Source of the DNA: Thermoplasmata archaeon
Lineage (GTDB): Archaea; Thermoplasmatota; Thermoplasmata; Halarchaeoplasmatales; Halarchaeoplasmataceae
DNA: 45,617 nucleotides
Reading direction: 5' to 3'
Assembly: GCA_019594305.1 (NCBI GenBank)
Contig: JAFDTZ010000001.1
Coordinates: forward strand, 1-45,617
Part shown: positions 17,976-25,983 of the stretch, piece after piece
How the letters are laid out: each line of letters starts with the position of its first letter
Numbering within the stretch: position 1 is the stretch's first letter
Made by a program: the position numbers and the translations under genes
Notes under the pieces: generated by a model
Databases searched by the model: none
Told to the model about the DNA's origin: nothing
The model's input: the letters and a program-made list of their open reading frames with translations, nothing else

Positions 17976-18778
17976 TCCTCTTCATCGGTCACTATATGAA
18001 ATCCGCAGGTTTCCAGTTGTTTTAAGGGTGTTTCTATGCTGTCGTACCACTGCCCCCATTTACGGGATATATGTTCTGTCCAGCTGTAGTCATCGTAGGT
18101 GAATCTATCTTCTTTATCTCCGGACAACTTGATCTTGGCGTTAAGTTTACGATAATAGTCCTGCTGGAGGTATCCTTCGTCCATCATACTTACGGCCTTG
18201 TCTATTAAATCGTCGGTAAGTTCCGGATATTTGTTTTCAAAAAGAACGAAATCAAGAGGATATCTCGGACGCGGTGGTTCATCTTCGTCGGGATACCCCA
18301 TGGCGAGCTGTACCAACGGGAACACCCTATCCGGTAGCTGGTATTCCTTTTTGATACTTTCAGCTATGTATATCGCCCTTCCCAGAAATACACTGCCGAT
18401 ACCCATGCTTTCACCTGCGGTAACCATGTTCTGTGCCATGTAGGCTGCATCCTGGATACCGAAGAGCAGGAGGGATAGGTCGTTGGTGACCATCTTCCAC
18501 CCTTTTTTATCCATGATTTTTTCCATCTTCTGTATGTCGACGCATATTGTGAACATGAGAGGTGCTTTGAAGGGGTGTTTTTCTCTATTACGTGATAGTA
18601 GAACGCTGTAAAGCTGGGATACGAAGGGTGCCTGCTGACCTGCCCTGACGATCTGCTCGATCTCCTCCTGGGTAGGGGGTTCATTTTTGTATTTTCTCAC
18701 CGATTTATGGTTCAGCATCGTGTGAATTACATGGTTTTCGCTCATTATATCGCTTTTTTTATAAGTGAATACGTACAT
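17972..18778 (-). CDS. Nitroreductase family protein
   Basis: LNHKSVRKYKNEPPTQEEIEQIVRAGQQAP is the nitroreductase N-terminal signature. Start is probably Met12 (MSENHV). Confidence 0.75.
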   Translation of the reverse strand: MYVFTYKKSDIMSENHVIHTMLNHKSVRKYKNEPPTQEEIEQIVRAGQQAPFVSQLYSVLLSRNREKHPFKAPLMFTICVDIQKMEKIMDKKGWKMVTNDLSLLLFGIQDAAYMAQNMVTAGESMGIGSVFLGRAIYIAESIKKEYQLPDRVFPLVQLAMGYPDEDEPPRPRYPLDFVLFENKYPELTDDLIDKAVSMMDEGYLQQDYYRKLNAKIKLSGDKEDRFTYDDYSWTEHISRKWGQWYDSIETPLKQLETCGFHIVTDEED

Positions 18779-18810
18779 AAAGGTTTTCGGATATATTCCG
18801 AAGGCGTGAG

Positions 18811-18948
18811 CCTCTTGCTTCTAAATTGCTCGTTAACTTGCAATGTTAGAAGTTAGCGGGAATACACATATTCCCGCAATTTTCAAACTTCACAAAATCA
18901 GAGATTTTCCTCACTTTTTCGTCTTTCGCAAAGCTCGAAACAAAAAAA
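18811..18948 (-). repeat. tRNA-trailer element, copy at tRNA-Ser
   Basis: Read on the minus strand: T7 (18948..18942), TTCG..CGAA hairpin, GAAAAAGTGA (18920..18911) and hairpin AAAATC-TCT-GATTTT (18908..18894). It also has the 9-bp/4-nt-loop hairpin GCGGGAATA-TGTG-TATTCCCGC (18877..18856) and TTAACGAG (about 18837..18830). Confidence 0.7.
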
Positions 18949-19053
18949 CGCCGAGGGGGAGATTCGAACTCCCGAGGCGGGGGTCCGCCACCGGCTTGCT
19001 TGGAAAGACGGCTCTCAAGGCCGGCGCCTTGGTCCGGGCTTAGCTACCTCGGC
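18949..19053 (-). tRNA. tRNA-Ser (anticodon TGA) with a 17-nt intron at position 37/38 (intron 18997..19013)
   Basis: Acceptor GCCGAGG/CCTCGGC. Anticodon stem CCGGC/GCCGG forms only after removing AGCCGTCTTTCCAAGCA. The BHB central helix is CTTG/CAAG with 3-nt bulges AGA and CAA. Variable arm GGCGG-ACCC-CCGCC. T arm GGGAG-TTCGAAT-CTCCC. Discriminator G. Confidence 0.85.
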
Positions 19054-19057
19054 ATGG

Positions 19058-20791
19058 TTGAAACATCCTAAGAAGTCGTCTCCAATACACCAACGGATAA
19101 AAATACTTTGGTTTGATTCAACGGTTTCTCGTTCACCATACCAAAAAAATGTTATTGAAGGAAGGTATGATAATGAAGGATCCATGAAACTCGATATATA
19201 TTCAAGCCTTGAAAAAAAAAGGTTCGGACCTCTCATCGTAATCTTGTACCTTATGATAGTGGGTTCTGTCAGCTTCGCACTCAGAGGTGCTTTCAACACG
19301 GAAATAAGATATTCTTATCTCGTACTTACCACGGAAATACTCGTACTCAGCCTTTATTTTTTTATTATTTTCATTATCTTCGGTATTCTGGCAAAAAAAC
19401 CCAACATCGACAGAACTTTGGAAAACTTGATTTATTTTTACTGGCTCCTGGCCCTGACCCCACTCATGTCCGGCCTGACAGGCGGAACGGTCTACAACAC
19501 ACGTTTGATCTCCGCAATGAACCTATCCGTCCGGCAATTGTTCCAAGGGGAGGCAGGCATGGTCATCATAGTGGTCGTCATCATATCCATCTTACTTTGC
19601 TACCGTATTTTTACCCGTTTTCCTTCAAAACACAAAGCTCCAACATACGGTATCCTAGCCTTCGCAGCCACATTAGCTCTTTCATTCCCTTCCTTCTTCA
19701 TAAGACGCGTAACCGTAGACGGTAATACATTCGTACTGTATGAACTCTTACGAACGGATATGGTGTCCGGCGGGGGGCTGCCATCGACCCAACAACTTTC
19801 CAATCTTCTGCTGAACCAAGGATATCATCTGTATATCGTGTTGCTCTTGATAGAGATATCCGTTATGGTATCTATCCTGTTGTATCTGACCTCAAAGGAT
19901 TTCTTCTCCTCGCTGATAAGGAACCTGAAACCCTTTCGTTCGATCCACTTCATCATGCTGGTTTTGATAGGTATCATCGTGGTCAGGAAGATAAGCCCCG
20001 ATTATGCACTCGATCCCCTGGCATTGAACCATTTTCCCTTTGTGCTCTTAGCGGTTTTTTGCAGCGCCTTCTTCATATGGCAGTTCACATCGCTCCTAAA
20101 CGACCTGTACGACGTATCGATAGACAAACTGGCACACCCGGACAGACCCCTGGTTCAAGAACATAAACACGAAAAGATCTACTTAGAACTGTGCATAGTG
20201 ATAGCGATAGTATCGTCGTGGTTCACAATCCTGCTGGGTCCGTTTATATTCCTTTTAAATTCTATGGCAATTTTCGCAGCCGTAATATACTCCGTTCCGC
20301 CTATCAGGCTGAGGAACCGACCTTACGGTCATATCTGTATTGGATTGGGAAGTGTGATCGCTCTACTGGTGGGGGTGTATTCACCTACCGGTTGGACCGA
20401 CGGCATCGCATCAAACGCCCCCTATCACCCAAGGGCCATACCATTTTACTCCGATGTACTTCAACTATCTTTTTTACTCTTTGTAGTGCTCTCTATATCG
20501 CCACTTATCAACGCGATATCAGATTACGAGGGGGACCTGAGATCCGGTGTAAAAAATGTTTATACCGTTTACGGCCTTGAAAAGGGAAAGAAGATAGTTT
20601 CCGTACTTATCATCTTTCTGTTCCTATCACCCCTTTTAATGTTCCACAGTTTACAGGATATTGTTGTACTCGTCCCACCGGCAATAGTTTCTTCGATTTT
20701 ATTCTATAAAGGTGAGAAATGGAAGGCGCTCTTCGGACTTTACTTTTTGATCTTGATCTACTGCCTGTTGAGATTTCTGGAGTTCATATGA
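19058..20791 (+). CDS. UbiA-family prenyltransferase fused to a ~290-aa N-terminal polytopic membrane extension
   Basis: Asp-rich motifs NDLYDVSID (NDxxDxxxD) and DYEGD lie in the C-terminal half. Many predicted TM helices throughout. The start is likely ATG 19184 (MKLDIYS), because 19058 lies 5 nt from the tRNA-Ser 5' end. Confidence 0.75.
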   Translation: MKHPKKSSPIHQRIKILWFDSTVSRSPYQKNVIEGRYDNEGSMKLDIYSSLEKKRFGPLIVILYLMIVGSVSFALRGAFNTEIRYSYLVLTTEILVLSLYFFIIFIIFGILAKKPNIDRTLENLIYFYWLLALTPLMSGLTGGTVYNTRLISAMNLSVRQLFQGEAGMVIIVVVIISILLCYRIFTRFPSKHKAPTYGILAFAATLALSFPSFFIRRVTVDGNTFVLYELLRTDMVSGGGLPSTQQLSNLLLNQGYHLYIVLLLIEISVMVSILLYLTSKDFFSSLIRNLKPFRSIHFIMLVLIGIIVVRKISPDYALDPLALNHFPFVLLAVFCSAFFIWQFTSLLNDLYDVSIDKLAHPDRPLVQEHKHEKIYLELCIVIAIVSSWFTILLGPFIFLLNSMAIFAAVIYSVPPIRLRNRPYGHICIGLGSVIALLVGVYSPTGWTDGIASNAPYHPRAIPFYSDVLQLSFLLFVVLSISPLINAISDYEGDLRSGVKNVYTVYGLEKGKKIVSVLIIFLFLSPLLMFHSLQDIVVLVPPAIVSSILFYKGEKWKALFGLYFLILIYCLLRFLEFI

Positions 20792-20807
20792 ACGATAAAT
20801 ACCGAAA

Positions 20808-22124
20808 CTAAATCGGAGGCGGTCTCCGGTAACTGATATTAGCGTGGAAGAAATCGGAGGTCATCTTACCGATGGACCGAAGCGAACCCTTACGGCTCCT
20901 GCGTAAAAGGTAATGCTTGATGGGGGTGGAAACGAATTTTTTAGGGCTGTATGATACCTTGAAACCCCATTTAAGCAAGGATTCCATATTATCTTTCGGT
21001 ATCTCCGGATGGTTCCACACAAGATGCTTTGTGTCCCATCTGCTCCAGTCGGTCTCGAATATGCCGTATTTGTCCTCTATCTCGTCCCAAAGTTTCGTAC
21101 GGGGAAAGGGTGTCAATATGCATATCTGCAGCATATCTATGGAATAATCCCTGTTAAGTTTGATTATGCTTCTGCGGATGGAATCCTCGGTCTCGTTTTC
21201 GAATCCGATAATGTAGAATCCCATGAGAAGTATGTTCTTATCCTTCACCCTTTTCAGCAATTCTTCCGTTTTGTTCACATCGAGGTTCTTTCCAACTTCA
21301 TTAAGGTTTTTCTGGTCCAGGGTTTCTATCCCCAAGAACGTACCTGAAAAACCCATGCCGTACCATTCGTCGAAATTATGCAGCAGTGTATCCGTTCTTG
21401 TCATCACATACCAGTTAATACCGTACGTTTTCAGCAGTTCTATCGCATCTCTGGTGTGCCTCTTCAAAATACCGAAATTTTCATCGCCGATAAGAACCTC
21501 GTTGACACCCAGTCTTCTATACGTATAAAGTACCCTTTCAAGGGATTCCAGAGGTATCTTTTCGATCTTCTTGCAGAACACGGGGGTTTGACAGAACGAA
21601 CAGCCGATATTACATCCCCTAGAGGTGTATATCACCCCTATGGGTATGGCCGCGAGGTTGAAGGGGATGCCGAGGTATTCTATCAGTAGAGGATGTTCGA
21701 GTTGTTGGATATCACGCCCGAAATATTCGCCCAATTCCCTTTCCGAGTAACCTATGAATATCTTGTCAAAGTAATCTTCCATACCGTAGGTTAGGGCACC
21801 GTAGTTGCCTGCCCAGATTTCCTTGATCCCCTTTTCCCTAGCCGCTTTAACCATCTCCAAGATCCGGGGTATCTCGTGGGTGAAGAAGGAAAAACCAACT
21901 ATGTCGTAACCTTCGTCCAGCTTATCCATGTACTGTTTCCATGTAGGATATTCCAGTATATCGAGTTCGGGTATGTTCACCTTTAAAAATCTCAGTCCCG
22001 GGGAGAACTTTTGAGGATAGCGGTACCTTAACCACCGGGTAACGTTTTCACTCCAGTAATCATAGTATCCTTTTTTTTTCCTACAACTGGTGGTCAGTAA
22101 TATCCTGCCAGTGGTTTTTCCCAT
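20808..22124 (-). CDS. Class B-like (B12-binding-domain type) radical SAM protein
   Basis: Canonical CX3CX2C in YTSRGCNIGCSFCQTP. The N-terminal ~150-aa Rossmann-like region preceding it is typical of B12-binding rSAM architecture. The cobalamin motif itself could not be verified by eye. Confidence 0.7.
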   Translation of the reverse strand: MGKTTGRILLTTSCRKKKGYYDYWSENVTRWLRYRYPQKFSPGLRFLKVNIPELDILEYPTWKQYMDKLDEGYDIVGFSFFTHEIPRILEMVKAAREKGIKEIWAGNYGALTYGMEDYFDKIFIGYSERELGEYFGRDIQQLEHPLLIEYLGIPFNLAAIPIGVIYTSRGCNIGCSFCQTPVFCKKIEKIPLESLERVLYTYRRLGVNEVLIGDENFGILKRHTRDAIELLKTYGINWYVMTRTDTLLHNFDEWYGMGFSGTFLGIETLDQKNLNEVGKNLDVNKTEELLKRVKDKNILLMGFYIIGFENETEDSIRRSIIKLNRDYSIDMLQICILTPFPRTKLWDEIEDKYGIFETDWSRWDTKHLVWNHPEIPKDNMESLLKWGFKVSYSPKKFVSTPIKHYLLRRSRKGSLRSIGKMTSDFFHANISYRRPPPI

Positions 22125-22196
22125 GTTAAAGAATGTTAAATGTATAATCTCTATTTAACTTTTTAGATTCAGAAAGATGAAAGATATGCACATAAA

Positions 22197-22670
22197 CTAG
22201 TATCTCCTGGTGGTTCTTACTTCTCCGCCGCATATCTCACATTCCCCCTCACTTTCACGATACCAATGGCCGCATTTTTTGCATCTGTAGGTCCATGAGT
22301 ATTCCTTTTTTATCCCTTTCTGAGATATCCCACTGTACTGAATATCCATATTCTTTGCCATGTTCTGTATGGAATAATCGTCCGTTAGTATCTTGGCATT
22401 CAGATATAAGGCAAGGGCGATGACCTCAACATCGGTTTTAGACAAACGCAAATAGTCTCCGGTGCTCTTAGCTTTCTTTTCCACAACTTCAATCAATGCA
22501 CCCGGCGGTGAAACTACTGTAAGACCGGCGGCCATCATCATCTTGATCTTTCTGTACCATCGTCCCCCTTCCTTTATCTCGTCCAGCACTCCCGGTGGTA
22601 TAAATATGTCCACCGTGAATGGAAGGTCCTTTCCGGATAATATAGCCGAGGTGTCAAGCACGTAACTCAT
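22197..22670 (-). CDS. nob1: Nob1-like endonuclease (PIN domain + C-terminal zinc ribbon), 16S rRNA 3'-end maturation
   Basis: PIN start MSYVLDTSAILSG, plus the zinc ribbon CKKCGHWYRESEGECEICGG. The ~157 aa size matches archaeal Nob1 architecture. Confidence 0.7.
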   Translation of the reverse strand: MSYVLDTSAILSGKDLPFTVDIFIPPGVLDEIKEGGRWYRKIKMMMAAGLTVVSPPGALIEVVEKKAKSTGDYLRLSKTDVEVIALALYLNAKILTDDYSIQNMAKNMDIQYSGISQKGIKKEYSWTYRCKKCGHWYRESEGECEICGGEVRTTRRY

Positions 22671-23217
22671 GGACTACATCATATACGAGGGAGGTAATAT
22701 CTTTTACCACCGGGAAACATATTTATTGTTGAGTAAATCACCCTTTATGACAATATATGAGTTCGAAGGGAGAATTCCAAAAATTCACGAGAGTACTTAT
22801 GTGAGTAAAAGCGCTGATATCATCGGAGACGTAAAGATAGGAAAAAACTGCTATATAGGTCCGGGTGCAAAGATAAAAGGCGACTACGGAAGTGTCATCA
22901 TCGGAGATAACTCTAACGTACAAGAAAACTGTGTAATACACGCAAGACCGGATAAGAAAACTGTCATAGGGGATTATGTATCTATAGGGCACGGCGCCAT
23001 AATCCACGGTGCAACCATAAACGATTATGCGGTTGTCGGTATGGGGTCTGTGGTTAGCGATTTTGCCAAAGTAGGGATATGGAGTGCGGTTGGTGAAGGT
23101 GCGGTGGTTGTGAGTGGAAAAGAGGTACCCGATCAAGGGATCGCCGTAGGCATACCTGCAAAAGTTATAGGGTCCGTTGATGAAGATTATAAAAAGATGT
23201 GGACAGAGTATAAATAA
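22669..23217 (+). CDS. Gamma-carbonic-anhydrase-like left-handed beta-helix (hexapeptide repeat) protein
   Basis: IHESTYVSKSADIIGDVKIGKNCYIGPGAKIKGDYG and HARPDKKTVIGDYVSIGHGAIIHGATI show hexapeptide repeats with His ligands. Likely start is ATG 22747 (MTIYEFEG). Confidence 0.8.
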   Translation: MDYIIYEGGNIFYHRETYLLLSKSPFMTIYEFEGRIPKIHESTYVSKSADIIGDVKIGKNCYIGPGAKIKGDYGSVIIGDNSNVQENCVIHARPDKKTVIGDYVSIGHGAIIHGATINDYAVVGMGSVVSDFAKVGIWSAVGEGAVVVSGKEVPDQGIAVGIPAKVIGSVDEDYKKMWTEYK

Positions 23218-23273
23218 TTGTATCGTTCACTCTCATGGAGATATAAGGAAGGATTGAAACCTCTGGATTGACC

Positions 23274-24905
23274 TCAATTTGAAAAGATTGCATATCTAAG
23301 TATTTCCTTTACCACTTTAGAATCGTCAAAAACCTCTTTTAAATCGCTTTCGCAGGAAGGTCTGGCACGGAAGATGCGTGCCGCTCTCTTTTCGCCTATC
23401 CCCGGAAGCGCCTTTAATTCCGAAAAACTGGCCTTGTTGATAAAGAAAGGATAGTGTAATCCGGTAACACTACGGTAACCGTGATCGATGATTATCACAT
23501 CGTTGTATTCGCCTAGCCTGAGAGGGTATTCGATACCGACTAAAATAGGATAGGTACCTATCTGTCTGCCGAAAGTTTGTTTTCCCCGGTGTAACTCCAT
23601 ATAAACATCCTTAAGTACGGTTCCCCCTGGGAGCATCTTTTTTAGCATTACTTGATCTATCCTTTCCCTAACAATGGATTTGAATTTTTTGAATTCCTTT
23701 GGATATTTGAGATGGCATTTCATACGATGAGGTAGAACCTGACGTATGTTTATCCTCCTAAGAAATAAGCCTGAATCCAATATTTTTTCCAGGAAAGAAA
23801 GGTTTAGTTCGTAGGTTTCCTTCCTTTCGCCCTTCAAACCTGCGAGAAAGTTTATACCGGGCAGCAATTCGGGCATGCCGCTTTCACCTTTTCCGGCACC
23901 GACTTCGTTTATCATCACAACCGACGTCTCTACATCTTCCGGTGTAGCATTCAGATTGTTAGATTCAATAACACGGGGGTCTGCTGACTCCATCCCTAAT
24001 GCCAGTACATTTCCCGATGTAGTATTTTCAACCAGTATATTCAATATTTTTCGACTCTCCTCTGGATGGGCGGCTATCACGCCGGGATTGGCGTTGTCTA
24101 CATGCAGTATACTGATATCCGGGCATGCATTATTGATACCTCGAAACAATCTTCTTATCTCGTCAGCTCTGGGAACCGGTCTTTCTTTTTTCCCTATACC
24201 GTCTGCCTTGTAACTGACGATACAAGATTGTCCGCCTAGTCTGAAATTCTGGATGCCTAATTTATATAGTGTTGATATCTCTGCGATCACATCTTCCTGT
24301 TCTCTGAACTTTGGTTTTCCATACCCTGGCTCCGAACAGAACGAGCAACCTCCTGTAAAATAACGTACGCAACCTCGGTATGTACTGACCTCCGCAAGAA
24401 GGGGGTCAGGATACAAAGGATGTTTTTTTACCACTTTTGCGCCCAAGCAGAGCCATCTCTCCCTTTCATCTAACTCACCCCATCTATCCCTTGGGTTTCC
24501 TTTCAAGGATTCGTGCAGGTAGGCGGAAAGATCCTTCACCGATATATGATCGTAGGATGTATCGGCCACCGCTCTTGCCAGTGGACCTCCCAGAAAGCTC
24601 TCTGTTTGGTTGCTATTTTTTCCCAACTCTCTACATTCCCGTAGGCTGAGGGGAGTACCACCTAGGTAAGTCCCGGGTACCGTCGTACCTCCATGTACTA
24701 TAATGATATCCGAAGGGGGTAATCCTGATATTCTGTATTCATCAGCTGTAACATAATCATAAGTTAGGCCGGCTTCTTCAAGCACGCCCGCTAGTAGCCT
24801 GGGCTCTGGTGATATATACGGAGGCACACCTAGTAAAGCGGGTTCATCTACGTAGCCATCAAGTATGACAGCGTGGATATTTTTTGATGTATCACGACGA
24901 ATCAT
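23274..24905 (-). CDS. Radical SAM protein with a C-terminal helix-hairpin-helix (COG1031-like), function unknown
   Basis: Cys cluster YRGCVRYFTGGCSFC, with CX7CX2C spacing as read. C-terminal HhH LKALPGIGEKRAARIF. The start ATG is 3 nt after the Pop5 stop (TGAATCATG). Confidence 0.7.
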   Translation of the reverse strand: MIRRDTSKNIHAVILDGYVDEPALLGVPPYISPEPRLLAGVLEEAGLTYDYVTADEYRISGLPPSDIIIVHGGTTVPGTYLGGTPLSLRECRELGKNSNQTESFLGGPLARAVADTSYDHISVKDLSAYLHESLKGNPRDRWGELDERERWLCLGAKVVKKHPLYPDPLLAEVSTYRGCVRYFTGGCSFCSEPGYGKPKFREQEDVIAEISTLYKLGIQNFRLGGQSCIVSYKADGIGKKERPVPRADEIRRLFRGINNACPDISILHVDNANPGVIAAHPEESRKILNILVENTTSGNVLALGMESADPRVIESNNLNATPEDVETSVVMINEVGAGKGESGMPELLPGINFLAGLKGERKETYELNLSFLEKILDSGLFLRRINIRQVLPHRMKCHLKYPKEFKKFKSIVRERIDQVMLKKMLPGGTVLKDVYMELHRGKQTFGRQIGTYPILVGIEYPLRLGEYNDVIIIDHGYRSVTGLHYPFFINKASFSELKALPGIGEKRAARIFRARPSCESDLKEVFDDSKVVKEILRYAIFSN

Positions 24906-24908
24906 GAT

Positions 24909-25208
24909 TCACTCCTCAAATAGTATCTTACTCACTTTTTTAATTGTACCGCCGGTGACAATGGTCCTCACCTTGCCGCCTCCGAGGTCCATAGAATTGA
25001 GTAATTCGATAGTCTTCTCCTTACCCGTATGTTCGCATCTCAATATGCCCTTATTATCGGTAAAGACAGTGAGCCAGGGTTCGATAGTTATATACTCATC
25101 TTTACTGAATGCTCTCCTGAGGGCTCTGATGAACTCCTTTCTATCTATCTTGTGTCCGCCTACAATCTGAAAACCGATATACCTGATTCTCTTGTTCTTA
25201 ACAGCCAT
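24909..25208 (-). CDS. pop5: RNase P protein component Pop5/Rpp14-like
   Basis: KRIRYIGFQIVGG....KEFIRALRRA ... GILRCEH matches the Pop5 pattern (RYIxFEI ... GIVRCxH). Small basic protein. Confidence 0.55.
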   Translation of the reverse strand: MAVKNKRIRYIGFQIVGGHKIDRKEFIRALRRAFSKDEYITIEPWLTVFTDNKGILRCEHTGKEKTIELLNSMDLGGGKVRTIVTGGTIKKVSKILFEE

Positions 25209-25324
25209 GGTTTATTACCGCCGAAGTCGTACGGGATTAGTTGTCCGTATCCATTATGTCGCACCAATAATATTCCCTGTATATAAAATTGTCCGATTAA
25301 TGATTATCCGTCCTACTTGCTGTA

Positions 25325-25780
25325 CTAATAAGGTGGTATATCATCTGTGAAAGGTTCATCTTGGAACCAACTCGGTGTGAAGCGAAGTATGTTTCCCTTC
25401 TCTTCCGTTGGTATCTCGAAGATCACCCAGAAATTGATGGTTGCCCCTGCTATTATCCTATCGGGGGCTCCTTCGGTCCGTGCATTCGCGTACACAGAGC
25501 CTTCCGCCGTTACCAGCTCAAAATACCAAGCATGTAGTGATAGATCTTCCTTTTCATTCATATTCGTTATCTCCACTTGAACCCAGAGAAATTCGTATCC
25601 GTCTTTAGGGGTCATCCAATTTTGAGTCCCGGTCATTCTCGCTTCAGCGTACAAAACCTCCATCTCCGCTTGGGCCTTATCTTCTTCCACACATCCTGTT
25701 AGGGCGGCTACATACAAGATCATAAGTCCGATTATTAGAAAGGTAAATAGTTTATCACTGAAGCCCGCTCCTTTTATCAT
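25325..25780 (-). CDS. DUF4352-like secreted/lipid-anchored Ig-fold protein
   Basis: N-terminal TM followed by LTGC (lipobox-like). The beta-rich FLWVQVEITNMNEKEDLSLHAWYFELVTAEGSVY ... INFWVIFEIP matches the DUF4352 pattern. Confidence 0.55.
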   Translation of the reverse strand: MIKGAGFSDKLFTFLIIGLMILYVAALTGCVEEDKAQAEMEVLYAEARMTGTQNWMTPKDGYEFLWVQVEITNMNEKEDLSLHAWYFELVTAEGSVYANARTEGAPDRIIAGATINFWVIFEIPTEEKGNILRFTPSWFQDEPFTDDIPPY

Positions 25781-25833
25781 ATTGAATAAATAGGACTTTA
25801 ACTAAAAATACTTTATGCTAACGATTGTTTGAT

Positions 25834-25862
25834 CGGTCGTAAAAGTGCCCGATCCGGGATTC
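25834..25862 (-). repeat. Partial duplicate of the tRNA-Arg 3' end plus flank (att-like direct repeat, distal copy)
   Basis: CGGTCGTAAAAGTGCCCGATCCGGGATTC is identical at 25834..25862 and 25972..26000. The proximal copy covers the last 17 nt of tRNA-Arg and 12 nt of 3' flank. Confidence 0.85.
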
Positions 25863-25971
25863 TGGTCACAAACACTCGTTTCACTCGTGATTCTAACCGC
25901 TCGTGCATTTAAGTGTAAATGCACTCACGAACCTCCGGTTCTCATCCCGTTCCGGTCACTTTTTCTCCCTC
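25863..25971 (-). repeat. tRNA-trailer element, copy at tRNA-Arg (109 nt between the direct repeats)
   Basis: On the minus strand it contains GAAAAAGTGA, the 9-bp/4-nt-loop hairpin at 25903..25924 (plus-strand sequence GTGCATTTA-AGTG-TAAATGCAC) and CACGAGTGAAACGAGTG. It ends GTGACCAGAATC, fused to the duplicated tRNA fragment. Confidence 0.65.
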
Positions 25972-25983
25972 CGGTCGTAAAAG

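Noticed and set aside
19058-19183. N-terminal 42 codons of the UbiA-fusion ORF
   Set aside because: The ORF would begin 5 nt from the 5' end of the divergent tRNA-Ser gene and so cover its promoter. The segment is hydrophilic with no motif, and ATG 19184 is the more plausible start.
22197-22670. PIN-domain protein as a VapC toxin of a toxin-antitoxin pair
   Set aside because: It has a C-terminal CxxC...CxxC zinc ribbon and the size typical of Nob1, and no small antitoxin gene is adjacent. The overlap with 22669..23217 comes from an N-terminally over-extended ORF on the other strand.
25834-25862. Partial tRNA-Arg copy as a split-tRNA 3' half gene
   Set aside because: Only the last 17 nt of the tRNA (from the T loop onward) are duplicated. 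A functional 3' half would start at about position 38 and need the full T stem, and the upstream sequence (GTGACCA) cannot supply the T-stem 5' strand.
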